35,667 nt of DNA from contig JYFJ02004000.1 in NCBI GenBank assembly GCA_000934665.2, forward strand, positions 1 to 35,667. Reading direction: 5' to 3'. Numbering within the stretch: the stretch's first letter is position 1; every line of letters begins with the position of its first letter. The stretch is from Catajapyx aquilonaris. Taxonomy: Eukaryota. Of this stretch, positions 11,724 through 23,071 are shown piece after piece. Under the pieces are notes generated by a model. It worked only from the letters and a program-made list of their open reading frames with translations. It ran no database searches and was not told the origin of the DNA. A program made the translations under genes and the position numbers.

Positions 11724-13919
11724 TATCTGACGTCTGATTACCATAAATCATTGTTATTAATGTTATAAAACAATAAAATAATCTAACATCTAAATACACA
11801 AAATTAAACCTGAAATCCGCTGGAATTATTGCACAGTAAAACTGAACTATAGATATAGCGATGTAAACTTTTATTATATTATAGGAAGCGAGCTGGTACA
11901 AGTCTACAAAAAAGTGATGCAAGTTTACTGTGCATGTTATTGCGCATGTTTCCTGATTGACATTGAAGGACTGCATTGCACGACACCTTTATGTCGGTCC
12001 ATTTGCCATGAAAAGAAATCCCCCCAACAGGATTGCGGTACTGTACTGTCTGTACTGTAGTACTAGTATAGTACACCATAGTCCAACCATATATAGTTTT
12101 TTTGTGATGCAACAATATCATATTCTTCCTCATACGTGATGCAAAAAATGCGGATCAAGTAATATATTAAGTTCCCAAGAAAAAACTGCAACATTTCGCT
12201 GGATTAAGAGACAGAACAAATTAATTATTGGAGTAAAATAAATCCTTTCCTGGAGGGGTGACGATACGTATTTCCATTGTCTGTTAGGAAGGGTTCGCCT
12301 CTTCGGAAAAGTGGAGCTCCAACAGTAAAAAATTTATTCATCAACAAACTCCAAAGTAGACTACGTACAGTATATCTACTTACAGGTGAGTGCAAGGCCA
12401 GATGTCCAGATGTCAGGTTTGATTAGTAGTACGGCATGTAGGATGTAGATCTAGGGAGGAAGGATTGAATATAAATATTTCTTTACAAATACATTTTGCA
12501 TTTCAATTGAAATGTCACTTATAGTCGGCAAATTTTTTTTTCAATAAGAGGGAATACTAAACCAGTAACTTTTGATAATCACGCAGAGATTTTCATGCTT
12601 CGAGGTGCATTAATGAGTCTGATAACAGGTTGAGTCGAGACTAATCAGAAGTAACAGGTTGTCTGCAACTAAAGGTGTTTCTTGAGATATACTGTACCAC
12701 AATATTAGGGAAGGTCACAGTGGTCTAGTGCAGTATCAGAAGCCATCCTCCACATTTACCATAGTCACGCACAGTCCGTCTGTCATTGTATCTGCTGCGT
12801 TACACGTAATGAATGAAACATATTTGACAGTATACTGATGAGATAATTATGGTAAAAGGAAATGAATTGCATTTGGTGATGTAGTCTACTGTAGAAAGTT
12901 TAACAAGTTCATCATGCAAGGGTCTTATGCAACATTGCATGCATTATCCCCCTGCTGTCACCCTTCGAGGTCATTTATGATGCTTGTTATTGAGCTCATC
13001 TTACAGTCTTCAATTGCTTCAATTCCACTAATATAAATAAATCAGCATTTGCGTGGACTATAATATGTCAATGATAGGTGAAAGTGAATCATGTTACTTG
13101 AGGACTTCCCGATCGAAAAATAGTCATATTATGTGGTCCCATGGGGGCAGTCAATGAGGAATACTTGGCTTACAAAATAATATAGGAACATAAAAATTGT
13201 CCTCCGAGGGAGATGTTTTCCTAGCAACGTGATTATATTTTATTCTGACTGGCAATTGCAACTGGCAGGTTTGAATATAGGATCCGACAGACGACATCAA
13301 TACGCTCACAGTTAATCTTGGACCGATTGTCCAATTTGGATTATTTTGAAGGAAGAGGCAGAAATCACACACCTTTCAAGACCTTAGTATTTTGTTTTAA
13401 AATATCGTTATATTTGAAACATCATTCTATACTCGCCGCTAAAATACGAATCTTTTCACTCATCGAATTATTATTTCAATTCCAAGAGCTGGACATTTTT
13501 TTTACTAAACTTGAGCAATAATTGAGAATAATATTGAGCCACTTCAAGAGGAACACTTTCAGGGAAAGAAAGCAAGATGCCAGCAGAAAAGTTACTTTTT
13601 TCCATTCAGAAACCTACACGGAATTGGATTGAAAATTTTTCCCATTATCATTTTCACATGTAACTTAATAATTGAACTGGGTTCAGATATCGAAAGGATA
13701 CGTCCAATTTCTGGAGATGTTTGAGTGAACATCTTAGAGCTGTTTTTTTTACAACTGTGGCCTTGGCCAAAATTTTAAACCCCAGGACATCAAATTGCGT
13801 CAAAATAGACTAACACATCCTGCACAGTCTCCTGATGTACGTTGGCAAAGACACCCAAATATTCAATAACAATGACACCCTGGCTGCAGGATTGATGATC
13901 AGGGCTACAGAGATACTGG

Positions 13920-14060
13920 TATGTGCTGGTCTCATTTGCATAAACAATAATAGAAGGTACTGTTGCCAAAAGACTATCTAGACTAGCACTCGTTACGAAA
14001 ACAAGTGGCGTTGGAATTAGGATAAACCTTGAGAAAACCCAGCCTCTCAGAGTGAAGTAA
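13920..14060 (+). mobile_element. Highly degenerate non-LTR retrotransposon reverse-transcriptase fragment
   Basis: One frame reads LVSFA*...KRLSRLALVTKTSGVGIRINLEKTQ. This resembles the L(F/Y)ADD...GLxINxxKT motifs of LINE RTs, with a stop at the catalytic Asp position. Confidence 0.4.
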
Positions 14061-14544
14061 ATGAGGGGTAAGGTTAGTTTTTGTCTGTTATCAGTGACTA
14101 TTTTTGTGCCTTTTTGCATACAGCTGCATCGGGTCTGTAATAATGGAATGTGTAAATGAATGAATAAAATTATGGGAACTGAGAGAATCCAAAATGACTC
14201 CTGGCCCTGAGACAACCTGCGGTCGCCTCCCTTGATCCACAAATCAAGTCTGCAGCCTTCAGGAAGACAGCAGGTTGACCACCACTACGTCACCACCTCT
14301 CAACCTTGCGCAAAACTTGCACCCTCAAGTATCGCCTGTAAGGACCCTCTATCGGTTATGCTGTTAATGGTAACTCCAGTGGAAATTAGACACATATTAT
14401 GCACATTTTGACACCATTTTCTACATATTTTGATCCTTTTTCCTTATATGACTCAAGGTTGCGCTTATATAGCTATACAAAAGATATTACTCGTATATAT
14501 ACCAACGCGAGTTGACGAGGTTAATTATACAGGAATACGTCCAA

Positions 14545-14583
14545 TATAAAAGAGCGTAGCCAATGGTCGAGTTCTATTCAGTG
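14545..14583 (+). promoter_or_regulatory. TATA box and Inr of Takeout gene B
   Basis: TATAAAA at 14545-14551, TCAGTG at 14578-14583, ATG at 14590. Confidence 0.65.
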
Positions 14584-14589
14584 TCCGGC

Positions 14590-17500
14590 ATGGAGACCTT
14601 CTCAACGTTATTGTTTGTCGCCACCTTGTGCGTTGCGGCTCAGGCCATCAAGATCGGTGGGTATCATCATATAATATGGGGAAATATTATTTTTTGGTAC
14701 GTTAATGGACCGTTTTTGTACTTTTTCTTTTGCAGAGGATGCTTACGACAGATGCAGGGGCGTCAAGAAGGAAGAGGTGGCACCTTGTGTCGTGAATCTC
14801 GTCAACGATCTCAGGCCTCTCATCGAGAACGGTATAATTATAGCCATTCATCTCACATGACAATCGCATCGATCTGTTTGTCCCGACACTTTGACATTTT
14901 TTATTTAAAATACAGATATTGCCACTCGCTTTTAATTAAACTATACGATCTCATTTGGTGTACACTCATCAGATTTTTGATATAGAAATTAAGCTAGTTC
15001 GGTGTGATTAAAAAGCATCCAGTTCAATATGAGGAAAGGAGAACATGCCACAGATTGTTTGCCCCAACAATAAGTAAAAAAGCAACTGTCCAAACACGTA
15101 CGTTGTCATTATCATGGGTTCCAAAGGTATATCTTTCATTTTAAACTTGATGCTGGGGTAAGCAATCCACCATATCACTCTGTGATCCTCTTGGAGGGTA
15201 ATGGACCACATGTGTGACACATCAGAAAAACTGCACAAGTCACTTAATTTTTTATTCTCAATATTTTTATTCTAGTACCGGGAGACATTCTTTTGCTGGA
15301 TGACAGCTGGAAAATGCTACGTTTCTTGGCAACGGTGACACCGAGTGACACAATAATTCGCTTTTTAATGGGTGGTTCACAATCATTATTTTCAAAATCA
15401 CCACTGCCCTTCCTTGAATACCTAGAATGAAGTTAAATATTTTTTTAAAGTCATAAGTGATTTTTTTTGTCGACTCATAATACGTAAATATGTTTTACCT
15501 TACCAGATACATATGTATATATGTAAAGTTTGTATACAGGGTGTTTACGACCTAACTTTACAAATTTTTAGGGGTGATAGAGGGGACCAAGACAAACATT
15601 TTTGACATAGGAAACCGTGTCCGGAAACGCCATCTAGAGGGGGTTCATAGNTCCGGACACGGTTTCCTATGTCAAAAATGTTTGTCTTGGTCCCCTCTAT
15701 TACCCCTAGAAGTTTGTAAAGTTAGGTCGTAAACACCCTGTATAGAGGGTGTTTACGACCTAACTTTACAAACTTCCAGGGGTAATAGAGGGGACCAAGA
15801 CAAATATTTTTGATATAGGAACCCGTGTCCGGAAACGCCATCTAGAGGGGGTTCATAGACAAGGAACGGGTGCGCTCAGACGCGTCACGCGAGAGGCGCT
15901 AGGAGAGCGGACTGTGTTGTTGATAGATGGCGCACAGTTGTTGCCAGGTTAGGGCGTATCGCGTCGTTGTAAGTAATCAACAATGCGATACGCCATAACC
16001 TGGCAACAACAGAACCGCTGTTGACTATCCGCGCGTCTCCTAGGAGGCGGACTTCAGTTGCTAGATGGCTCTGCTGTTGCCAGGTTATGGCACATCGCAT
16101 CGTTGGTTACTAGCCGAGCGCCATCTATCAACTAAACAGTCCGCTCGCCTAGCGCCTCACGCGTGACGCGTCTGAACGCACCTGTTCCTTGTCTATGAAC
16201 CCCCTCTAGATGGCGTTTCCGGACACGGGTTCCTATGTCAAAAATACTTGTCTTGGTCCCGTCTATTACCCCTGAAAGTCTTTGCAGAGTTACAATAATG
16301 TATAGTCTACTTACTCGAAATGATGTCCCATTAGCTAAATGAGATAATTTGCTTAGGTTGAGTACTTAGGTAGGTACATTTGAGTGATGCAATTTCAAAT
16401 TTTAAAATGGCAATTCTTCCATTTCTAATATGGATTATTCTCCCTATAATATGAAAATATTATGAGTTTATTCTCTTCTTTAGCAGACATTCTTGGTGAC
16501 TAATATTCTGCTAATATTGCGTGATCAGGAACTTACTCCGTAAGCACAGTGCATGTCGGAATAAAAATGTTTGGCAATTACAAATGCCATAAAACTAATA
16601 TTGTAGTTCCAAAATGCCGGATTTCGAAATTCCTGTCACAATACCTGAGCTGTGAAATTACTATTCTAATAGACTATTCAAAACTCAATAATAATGAAAA
16701 CAACGTAGCTTCAAAGTTAGGAACATGTTTTGACTTGACATGGTCCTATTAAATATATGATTTTGTCTCCCCATACATTATGTTTAGCTTCAAACGTTGT
16801 TTCGAACAACCTGACTTGCATAAAATGATGATAAGACTTGTGTTGTTTAAAGAGCCCTAATTAGTGCAGCGGTTATACTGTAGACTACTTGGCACTGACA
16901 TTATTTTCAAGAGTTACCCTGATAATTTACATAACGTGGATATTACATAAGCTAACCCGACATATTATTCAACTTCTTATTCCATGCCAGAATTTCAATA
17001 CTTAAAGTTATATCACAGCGGAAATATTATGATTCAAGGTTACGCTCTCTCCACATCAAAGGGTATATTATAAATAATTTCAGCCGGACATGCAGGATTA
17101 TTTTTTCAGAACATACTCCAAGAATATTAATTATTTATATTTGCAGTTATAGCCTAATAAGACACGTATAATGAGAGGCACTAAGAGGGCAATAAAAGGC
17201 ATAACAAATTAGTAGTCTACTGACAGACTAATATTTCTAAACCAATATATTCACGATCTGATGTTAACTCAATTCTGGTTATAGACATTTTGTTATACTA
17301 TAGCAGATACAGCCACGTTAAATGTAAATAGGTAATCAGTTGCAACATGGTTTATTAATGAATATCTTAATCCAGATGTAATTTGGATAACACCATCTTT
17401 GATTCATCGCATGTGGACACAAGCCGATGTAAAGTACACCATATGGCCACTAAAAATTAATGCACGACTCAATCTAATGATTTTGGCCATTACTTCTGTA

Positions 17501-19895
17501 AAAAAAAATAGTCGGCTATACCATACGTAAATAGGAAAATGGCGGCCTACATCGAGAGCAAATCTCTCCGGAATATACTGTACTTTTGTGGCGGGTACGA
17601 GAATACAATAAAACAATAACTTCCTGTATCAATGCACGTTTTAAAATACATAAGCGAATGCAGTGCCTGTTAAAATGGCTAATTTCATGATGCTAACTCA
17701 TTCAATCGCAATTATTAATGCCAAGATTGATTTGCACACTTGTGTAATTAAGCACTTTCAAATGCCAATCAGTAGAGACAAGTAGTATAGTCTGAATCCT
17801 TCTTACGTGAGATGTGACCTTGGCACGTACGTGATGCGAATACTCGAGTTTGAAGCAGAATTTGCAGCATCGACCATCAACTGATAGAAACACGTGACCA
17901 ATCTGACCAGTGCGGCAGGAGGGTCACAATAAGATGTCACTTGACCCTCCGGCCTGCTGACTCGAAAATGATCAACTGCAGAGTCGACTTTATTCCGTGG
18001 TCTTTTCCTTTGTTCGCAGGAATACCCGAGCTGGGTTTGACCACCGATGACGTTCCAATCGGTGACCTGGACTTCCAGGAGTTCAGCGGCGAAAACTTCA
18101 TCAGCGTCCAGTTCACCAAACCAAAAGCGAGAGGATTTCACGACCTGACCATGAAGCGTCTCGAGTGAGGAAGCCATTTAATACAACCCTTTCATTTCAG
18201 ATGAAACTGGGCAGCACTAATTAAGATCATTTTTTGAAAAAAGGATCGACTACGAGAATAACATGGTAAGATGGGCCATTCTTCATCCGGAGTACCTGTT
18301 CAGCTCCGATTACGTCCTGGAGTCTCAGATCCTCTTCTTTCCCTTGACCGGAGAAGGAAAGTGCTGGTTCAGAGTCAGTGAGTGCAAACCTCATTATCAC
18401 ACCTTTCGACTATTTACAACAATCAACTCTGCTGCAAATTATGTAGCCAAACAATCCTTGCACGCCCTGATAGCATAAGATTTGCAGGCACAACCTAAAA
18501 AATATTGTTTCTGGAGTAAATTAATACACGTATCAGGACAAAGTATCCAATGATATACGCATGAGGCTGTTTACGGATAATTCAAAATGTTCTCTAAGGG
18601 CCGGTTTTACCATGCCCAGTTTTTGATAAAACCCTGGTTCTTTCGGAAAATCCCTGCAAATAGAATAGGGATTTTCCGAAAGAACCGGGGTTTTATCATA
18701 ACCGGGCTTGGTGAAACCGGCCCTAAAGAGACGGACGCGGCAGTCTGAACTGTTTCGGCCTGTTTATTGCATAGTGACATCACCAAGAATTGACCCAATT
18801 TTTCAGAGGACTTGCTACTCAAGGGAGAGAGTAAGTTCGAGCTGCAGGATCACGGCGGAAACCTGTATGTGCAAGAAGTGGAGACGGATTTCACCTTCGA
18901 GTATTACAACATTACAGCCAGACTCAATAATCTCTTCGGAGGAGACCCGCTGCTAAGTAAGTGCCCCTTTAGCTGGGATCCGACATTTAAAATCCACAAC
19001 GGCTTCTAGATATAGGGTGAGACAAGTTGGTTGTATACAGGGTGTAAATGAATTCAATCGACAAACTTGTAGGGGTAATAGAGGGGACCAAGACAAGTAT
19101 TTTTGACATAGGAACCCGTGTCCGGAAACGCCATCTAGAGGGGGTTCATAGACGAGGAACGGGTGCGCTCAGACGCTCCACGCGGGAGGTGCTAGGCAAG
19201 CGGACTGATATGTTGATAAATGGCGCTCGGATAGTAAATAAAGGTGAGATGCGCCTTAACCTGGCAACATCAGAGCCATCTAGCAACTAAAGTACGCCTC
19301 CTAGGAGACGCGTGGAGAGTAAACAACGGTTCTGTTGTTGCCATGTTATGGCGTATCACGTCGTTGTTTGCTTACGACGACGCGATATGCCATAACCTGG
19401 CAACAACTGCGCGTCCTCTATCAACAAAACAGTCCGCTCGCCTAGCGCCTCCCTCCTGACGCGTCTGAGCACACCCGTTCCTTGTCCATGAACCCCCTCT
19501 AGATGGCGTTTCCGGACACGGGTTCCTATGTCAAAAATACTTGTCTTGGTCCCCTCTATTACCCCTACAAGTTTGTCGATTGAATTCATTTACACCCTGT
19601 ATAGAGAAGAAGGTTGAGTTAAAGACTCGAATAGCAAGCAATATTGTAGATGGTGGAAATCCACAAGGTGTTATGGGCATGTTTGTAAGAAAAGGTTAAT
19701 AACGTCATTTCCTCTCCTTGCGCAGTGGAAGCCGGCGCAGCCTTTGTTTCCCAGAACGTGGACGCCTTCATCGACGCCATGCGTCCGTCAGTGAGAAAAA
19801 GCTTCAAGCCTATTGGTGGAAACACAATCAACGTCATCCTAAGAAAAATCCCGCTTACAGATATCGCAGGACACGAGTATCTCAAAAAACCATAA
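14590..19895 (+). CDS. Takeout/JHBP-family protein, paralogue B (253 aa)
   Basis: Exons 14590-14656 (signal METFSTLLFVATLCVAAQA), 14736-14831, 18020-18164, 18244-18377, 18807-18956 and 19726-19895. Internal exon lengths and phases match gene A. Motifs GIPELGLTTDD and LNNLFGGDPLL are present and the frame is open. Confidence 0.92.
15537..15740. mobile_element. Tc1/mariner-type foldback MITE, copy 1 (contains assembly gap N at 15651)
   Basis: TA flanks and TIRs CAGGGTGTTTACGACCTAACTTTACAAA...TTTGTAAAGTTAGGTCGTAAACACCCTG. The centre is missing at the N. Confidence 0.85.
15745..16279. mobile_element. Same MITE family, copy 2 (right tip truncated)
   Basis: Starts GAGGGTGTTTACGACC directly after TATA. 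It has ~170-bp inverted arms and an internal nested hairpin. About 25 bp of the right TIR are missing. Confidence 0.85.
18598..18723. mobile_element. PIF/Harbinger MITE in gene B intron 4
   Basis: TAA TSD (18595-97, 18724-26), termini GGGCCGGTTTTACCA...TGGTGAAACCGGCCC, almost fully palindromic. Confidence 0.88.
19038..19599. mobile_element. Same Tc1/mariner-type MITE family, copy 3 (full length, 562 bp), in gene B intron 5
   Basis: TA TSD and TIRs CAGGGTGTAAATGAATTCAATCGACAAACTT.... The body is homologous to copy 2, with the asymmetric core in the opposite orientation. Confidence 0.9.
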
Positions 19896-21217
19896 TTATT
19901 GTTGTATCTATATAATATTGACTGAGGCCTCTGAGGGAAAAAGAAAATTTATTATTTGCATAATATTACACTCGATTTCATCAAGGACAACACGCAATTT
20001 TTCAAGCACTTGTGATCTAACGGACACAGGTCAGTGGCTGGTCGTGATTCATCCCAATGCTGATGGTGCCTGTTCCTCGGAGAGGTCACCCATATACACG
20101 AGAGACGCCACCATTTTCAGCATTTGCATATTATGCAGATCAAGGTTTGACCAAATGACCTTCCATGGTGATATGCCCTTGGTTTGATAATTATTCAGTT
20201 AATGAACTAGTAAAGTCATTGTACACCATCGCAAATGAGTTGACGACACCTTTGAAAAAATCCCCTTCCTGACAAGATGTATGACTTGGGATAAACCAAG
20301 GGCAAATAATACACTTCTCCGGAGGCCTTCGGTTAAACACCATTATAGTGTAATCAGTGTATAAAATGTGTTAAATAAATATTAAAATGCAATGTTCCTG
20401 CCCGTGGTTCAATAATATTTCCATGTGCAACATGTTTCAATTAAAATATCCCTTTTACTATACCTAATAGTTAGCCACTTTTGGTTCTAATAATATTAAT
20501 CGGGATAACCAGAGTTTGCTAGAAAATTTGCATTAAAATAGTCTATTCTAGCGCCTTCTCTCTTTCTTTAAAAATTATCATTTTCGTCTCTTTGAGGTAG
20601 CAGATAGAGAGACATAAGGAATGTGGCCATTCGTTTTCTCTCAAAGTTTTATCACTCCAAAAATAAATCTGTGAACAGGATCGTGAAACGAAGCGTATTA
20701 TTGCTTCAACAGACAACGGTATTGACATCACAACTGGCAACAAGGATGTTCAACAATATCAACAATGATGCAACTGAAAATTGAAGGCTCGTTGTGACTG
20801 TAACCCTATATGCCAGTTGAACCAATAAGATTGGTTATTTAGTTGTAGTATTTGGGATGCGCATTTCTTCGAAAGAAGCCCAGCAACCATTAATATAACA
20901 TCAACCAACATAGAAGAGTTTCCTCTTGTAATTATTATTGCGCTAGTGGCCTTCTTCATACGTGTTGTTCTAGGCAGTGCCAATAAGTCGTGTCTCTTTG
21001 ACATAAAAGTCACAGGTCTATATTATGTTGTTATCCAGAATAACAAAACAGACGTTTTATGAGTGCTGCACAAGAGAGCATCACATCATCCTATACGTGT
21101 ATTTAAAAAAAGACCAATAGAACCTTGGGCTTGACCCTTTCTGCAGGCACTAATATTCTGTAATAATGCGAGTGAATTTCAGTACTCTTTAATAATCTGT
21201 CATACTGGTTGAAACCG

Positions 21218-21286
21218 TAACCTATGTGCACCACAAGAAATGCAATGGTATAATAACCTGGTGAACGTTGTGGTGCACATAGGTTA
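21218..21286. repeat. 19-bp perfect inverted repeat (tiny MITE-like hairpin)
   Basis: TAACCTATGTGCACCACAA (21218-36) / TTGTGGTGCACATAGGTTA (21268-86), 31-nt spacer. Confidence 0.75.
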
Positions 21287-22871
21287 TCATACTATACTAG
21301 AATACAATTATTAGGCGCCACTGAGTCGCAGTATGACATAGCAGTATATATTCAAGTAACAGTTACTGAAATAACAGCTATTGGAAACAACCAGTCCGCG
21401 TCCATTTTCGTTCATGTTCAGGCCGTGGATGACGTCACTTCCTCTCCTGGGTTGTGCTATTTACGTTTCGAAACAATGCGTCCCAATCCCGCAGTATCAG
21501 GGGGCTATTCATGTGCCATTTGCCTATACCTCGCAGGTGTGACAGCCTTTATTTCTGTAATAACCGCAATAAATTATAATAAATTATACTGTGAGTAGAT
21601 GTCGGAAGTTAATTCCGAAAGTATCAACGAGTTGGAAACACTGCAATGAATGAAATTAATCACTGACAAATATATTATTCATAAAAACCGAGTATAACTG
21701 ATCGTCGTACAGGGCGAGTCATATAATTATGGTACAATACGAACAGCTGCAACGTAATTAAAACCTATATTAATTAACGAGTTTATCATTCTTGTGCCAA
21801 GGCTGCATTCAGTCTTCCAACCATTTTTGAATTGTAACACGATATGGTATAGAGTATAGGACATTATCAAGCCAGGCTACCAGCCTGTCGAGCACTTCAA
21901 AAAACAGGAGTTTCAGAGAGACACGACCCACATGACCTTGCCCAATGGGAGTTGGACACGAGGTGAAAACGTCCCATATATTGGAAATACGAATTTAGCA
22001 TTATTGAGTTGATGCCTGTAGGTAAAGGCCTGGGTTTGATAGAGAGTTTAATGATCTACTCTTTGATGGACAGCTTTAGTAACTTGGATTATGTGGCTTG
22101 CCATATTTGGCTATCTTAAAATGGAAGGTGATTAACTTCCAAGCACACAGTTCGAAAAATAATTGTGCGACACTAGAAACCAAAAGAGAAGCAACAAATT
22201 GATCGAAAAATGATTGCTAGTAAGTTGTGAGTGAGGTTTATTCTTAAATAATATTAATGTCTTTAATTTGATATTGATGCAACAACGCAACAGCTTATGT
22301 CATGACAATTAGGAAAAGAAAATCAGTGTGGTTTGGGAGGAATATAATCACCAAGGTTGTGGTAACGTAACATCTACACTGTCATTCAAGCTTCTCAATG
22401 ATTTATTCTATCATTTTTTTCTCTCTCTTTGGTTTCGTTCGCGTGCGTGCTGGATCAGGGAATCCTCATCCTATATTCTGTAGCATCCGTTATCATTGGT
22501 CAGCTGAAAATAATATCCCGCCACGTAACACCTTAATAATTCCGGTGTAGGGCCTAAAGTGATTAATTTATAATAATTGTAAAATCAATTTTATGAACCC
22601 GTGAAGGCCACAAAATTATTATTTCAACCAGGTTTAAATTTCAAGACGACGCCTACGATTCATTCTAGAGTGCATTCTAGGGTGCAAAAAAGTCGTGATT
22701 GGTCAGAAGCATTCGAGCATGCGCGTTTTTTAGGGTAAGCACATGATATTCATATATATAATTATGCATATGAAGATAACACGGAGTGCGTTATATAAGA
22801 GGACAAGAGCCCTTGTCCACATCACCCCCACGCCTTACGCACCCCCACCTTGCCACACCCCATCTAGAGCG

Positions 22872-22880
22872 TATATAAAA
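22872..22880 (+). promoter_or_regulatory. TATA box of Takeout gene C
   Basis: TATATAAAA ~60 nt upstream of ATG 22934, with ATAGTT Inr-like site at ~22906. Confidence 0.6.
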
Positions 22881-22933
22881 GAACGAATCGCGAAATTATT
22901 GCCAAATAGTTTTTCACCTTTGTTGGGACGAAG

Positions 22934-23028
22934 ATGAAGGTTCTAGTTACGCTCGTGATATGTCTGGTGAGCTGCGGTTTCGCGCAAGACATCACACTTG
23001 GTAAGACCCCATTTTTAACTTTTTATAT

Positions 23029-23071
<43 letters not shown>

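Noticed and set aside
10700..13100. Higher-complexity stretches between genes A and B that might be a fifth paralogue or TE coding relics
   Set aside because: No Takeout exon motifs and no recognisable protein motif in the frames I examined.
15008..15238. YPSIKFKM..IPL resembling the Penelope RT motif HPSIKFTME
   Set aside because: Single short motif with no supporting YVDD context. Too weak without an HMM search.
19048..19589. Mirror-image ORFs MNSIDKLVGVIEGTK... on both strands, and paired ORFs 15885-16100 / 19244-19459
   Set aside because: By-products of the palindromic MITE, with no transposase or other coding motifs.
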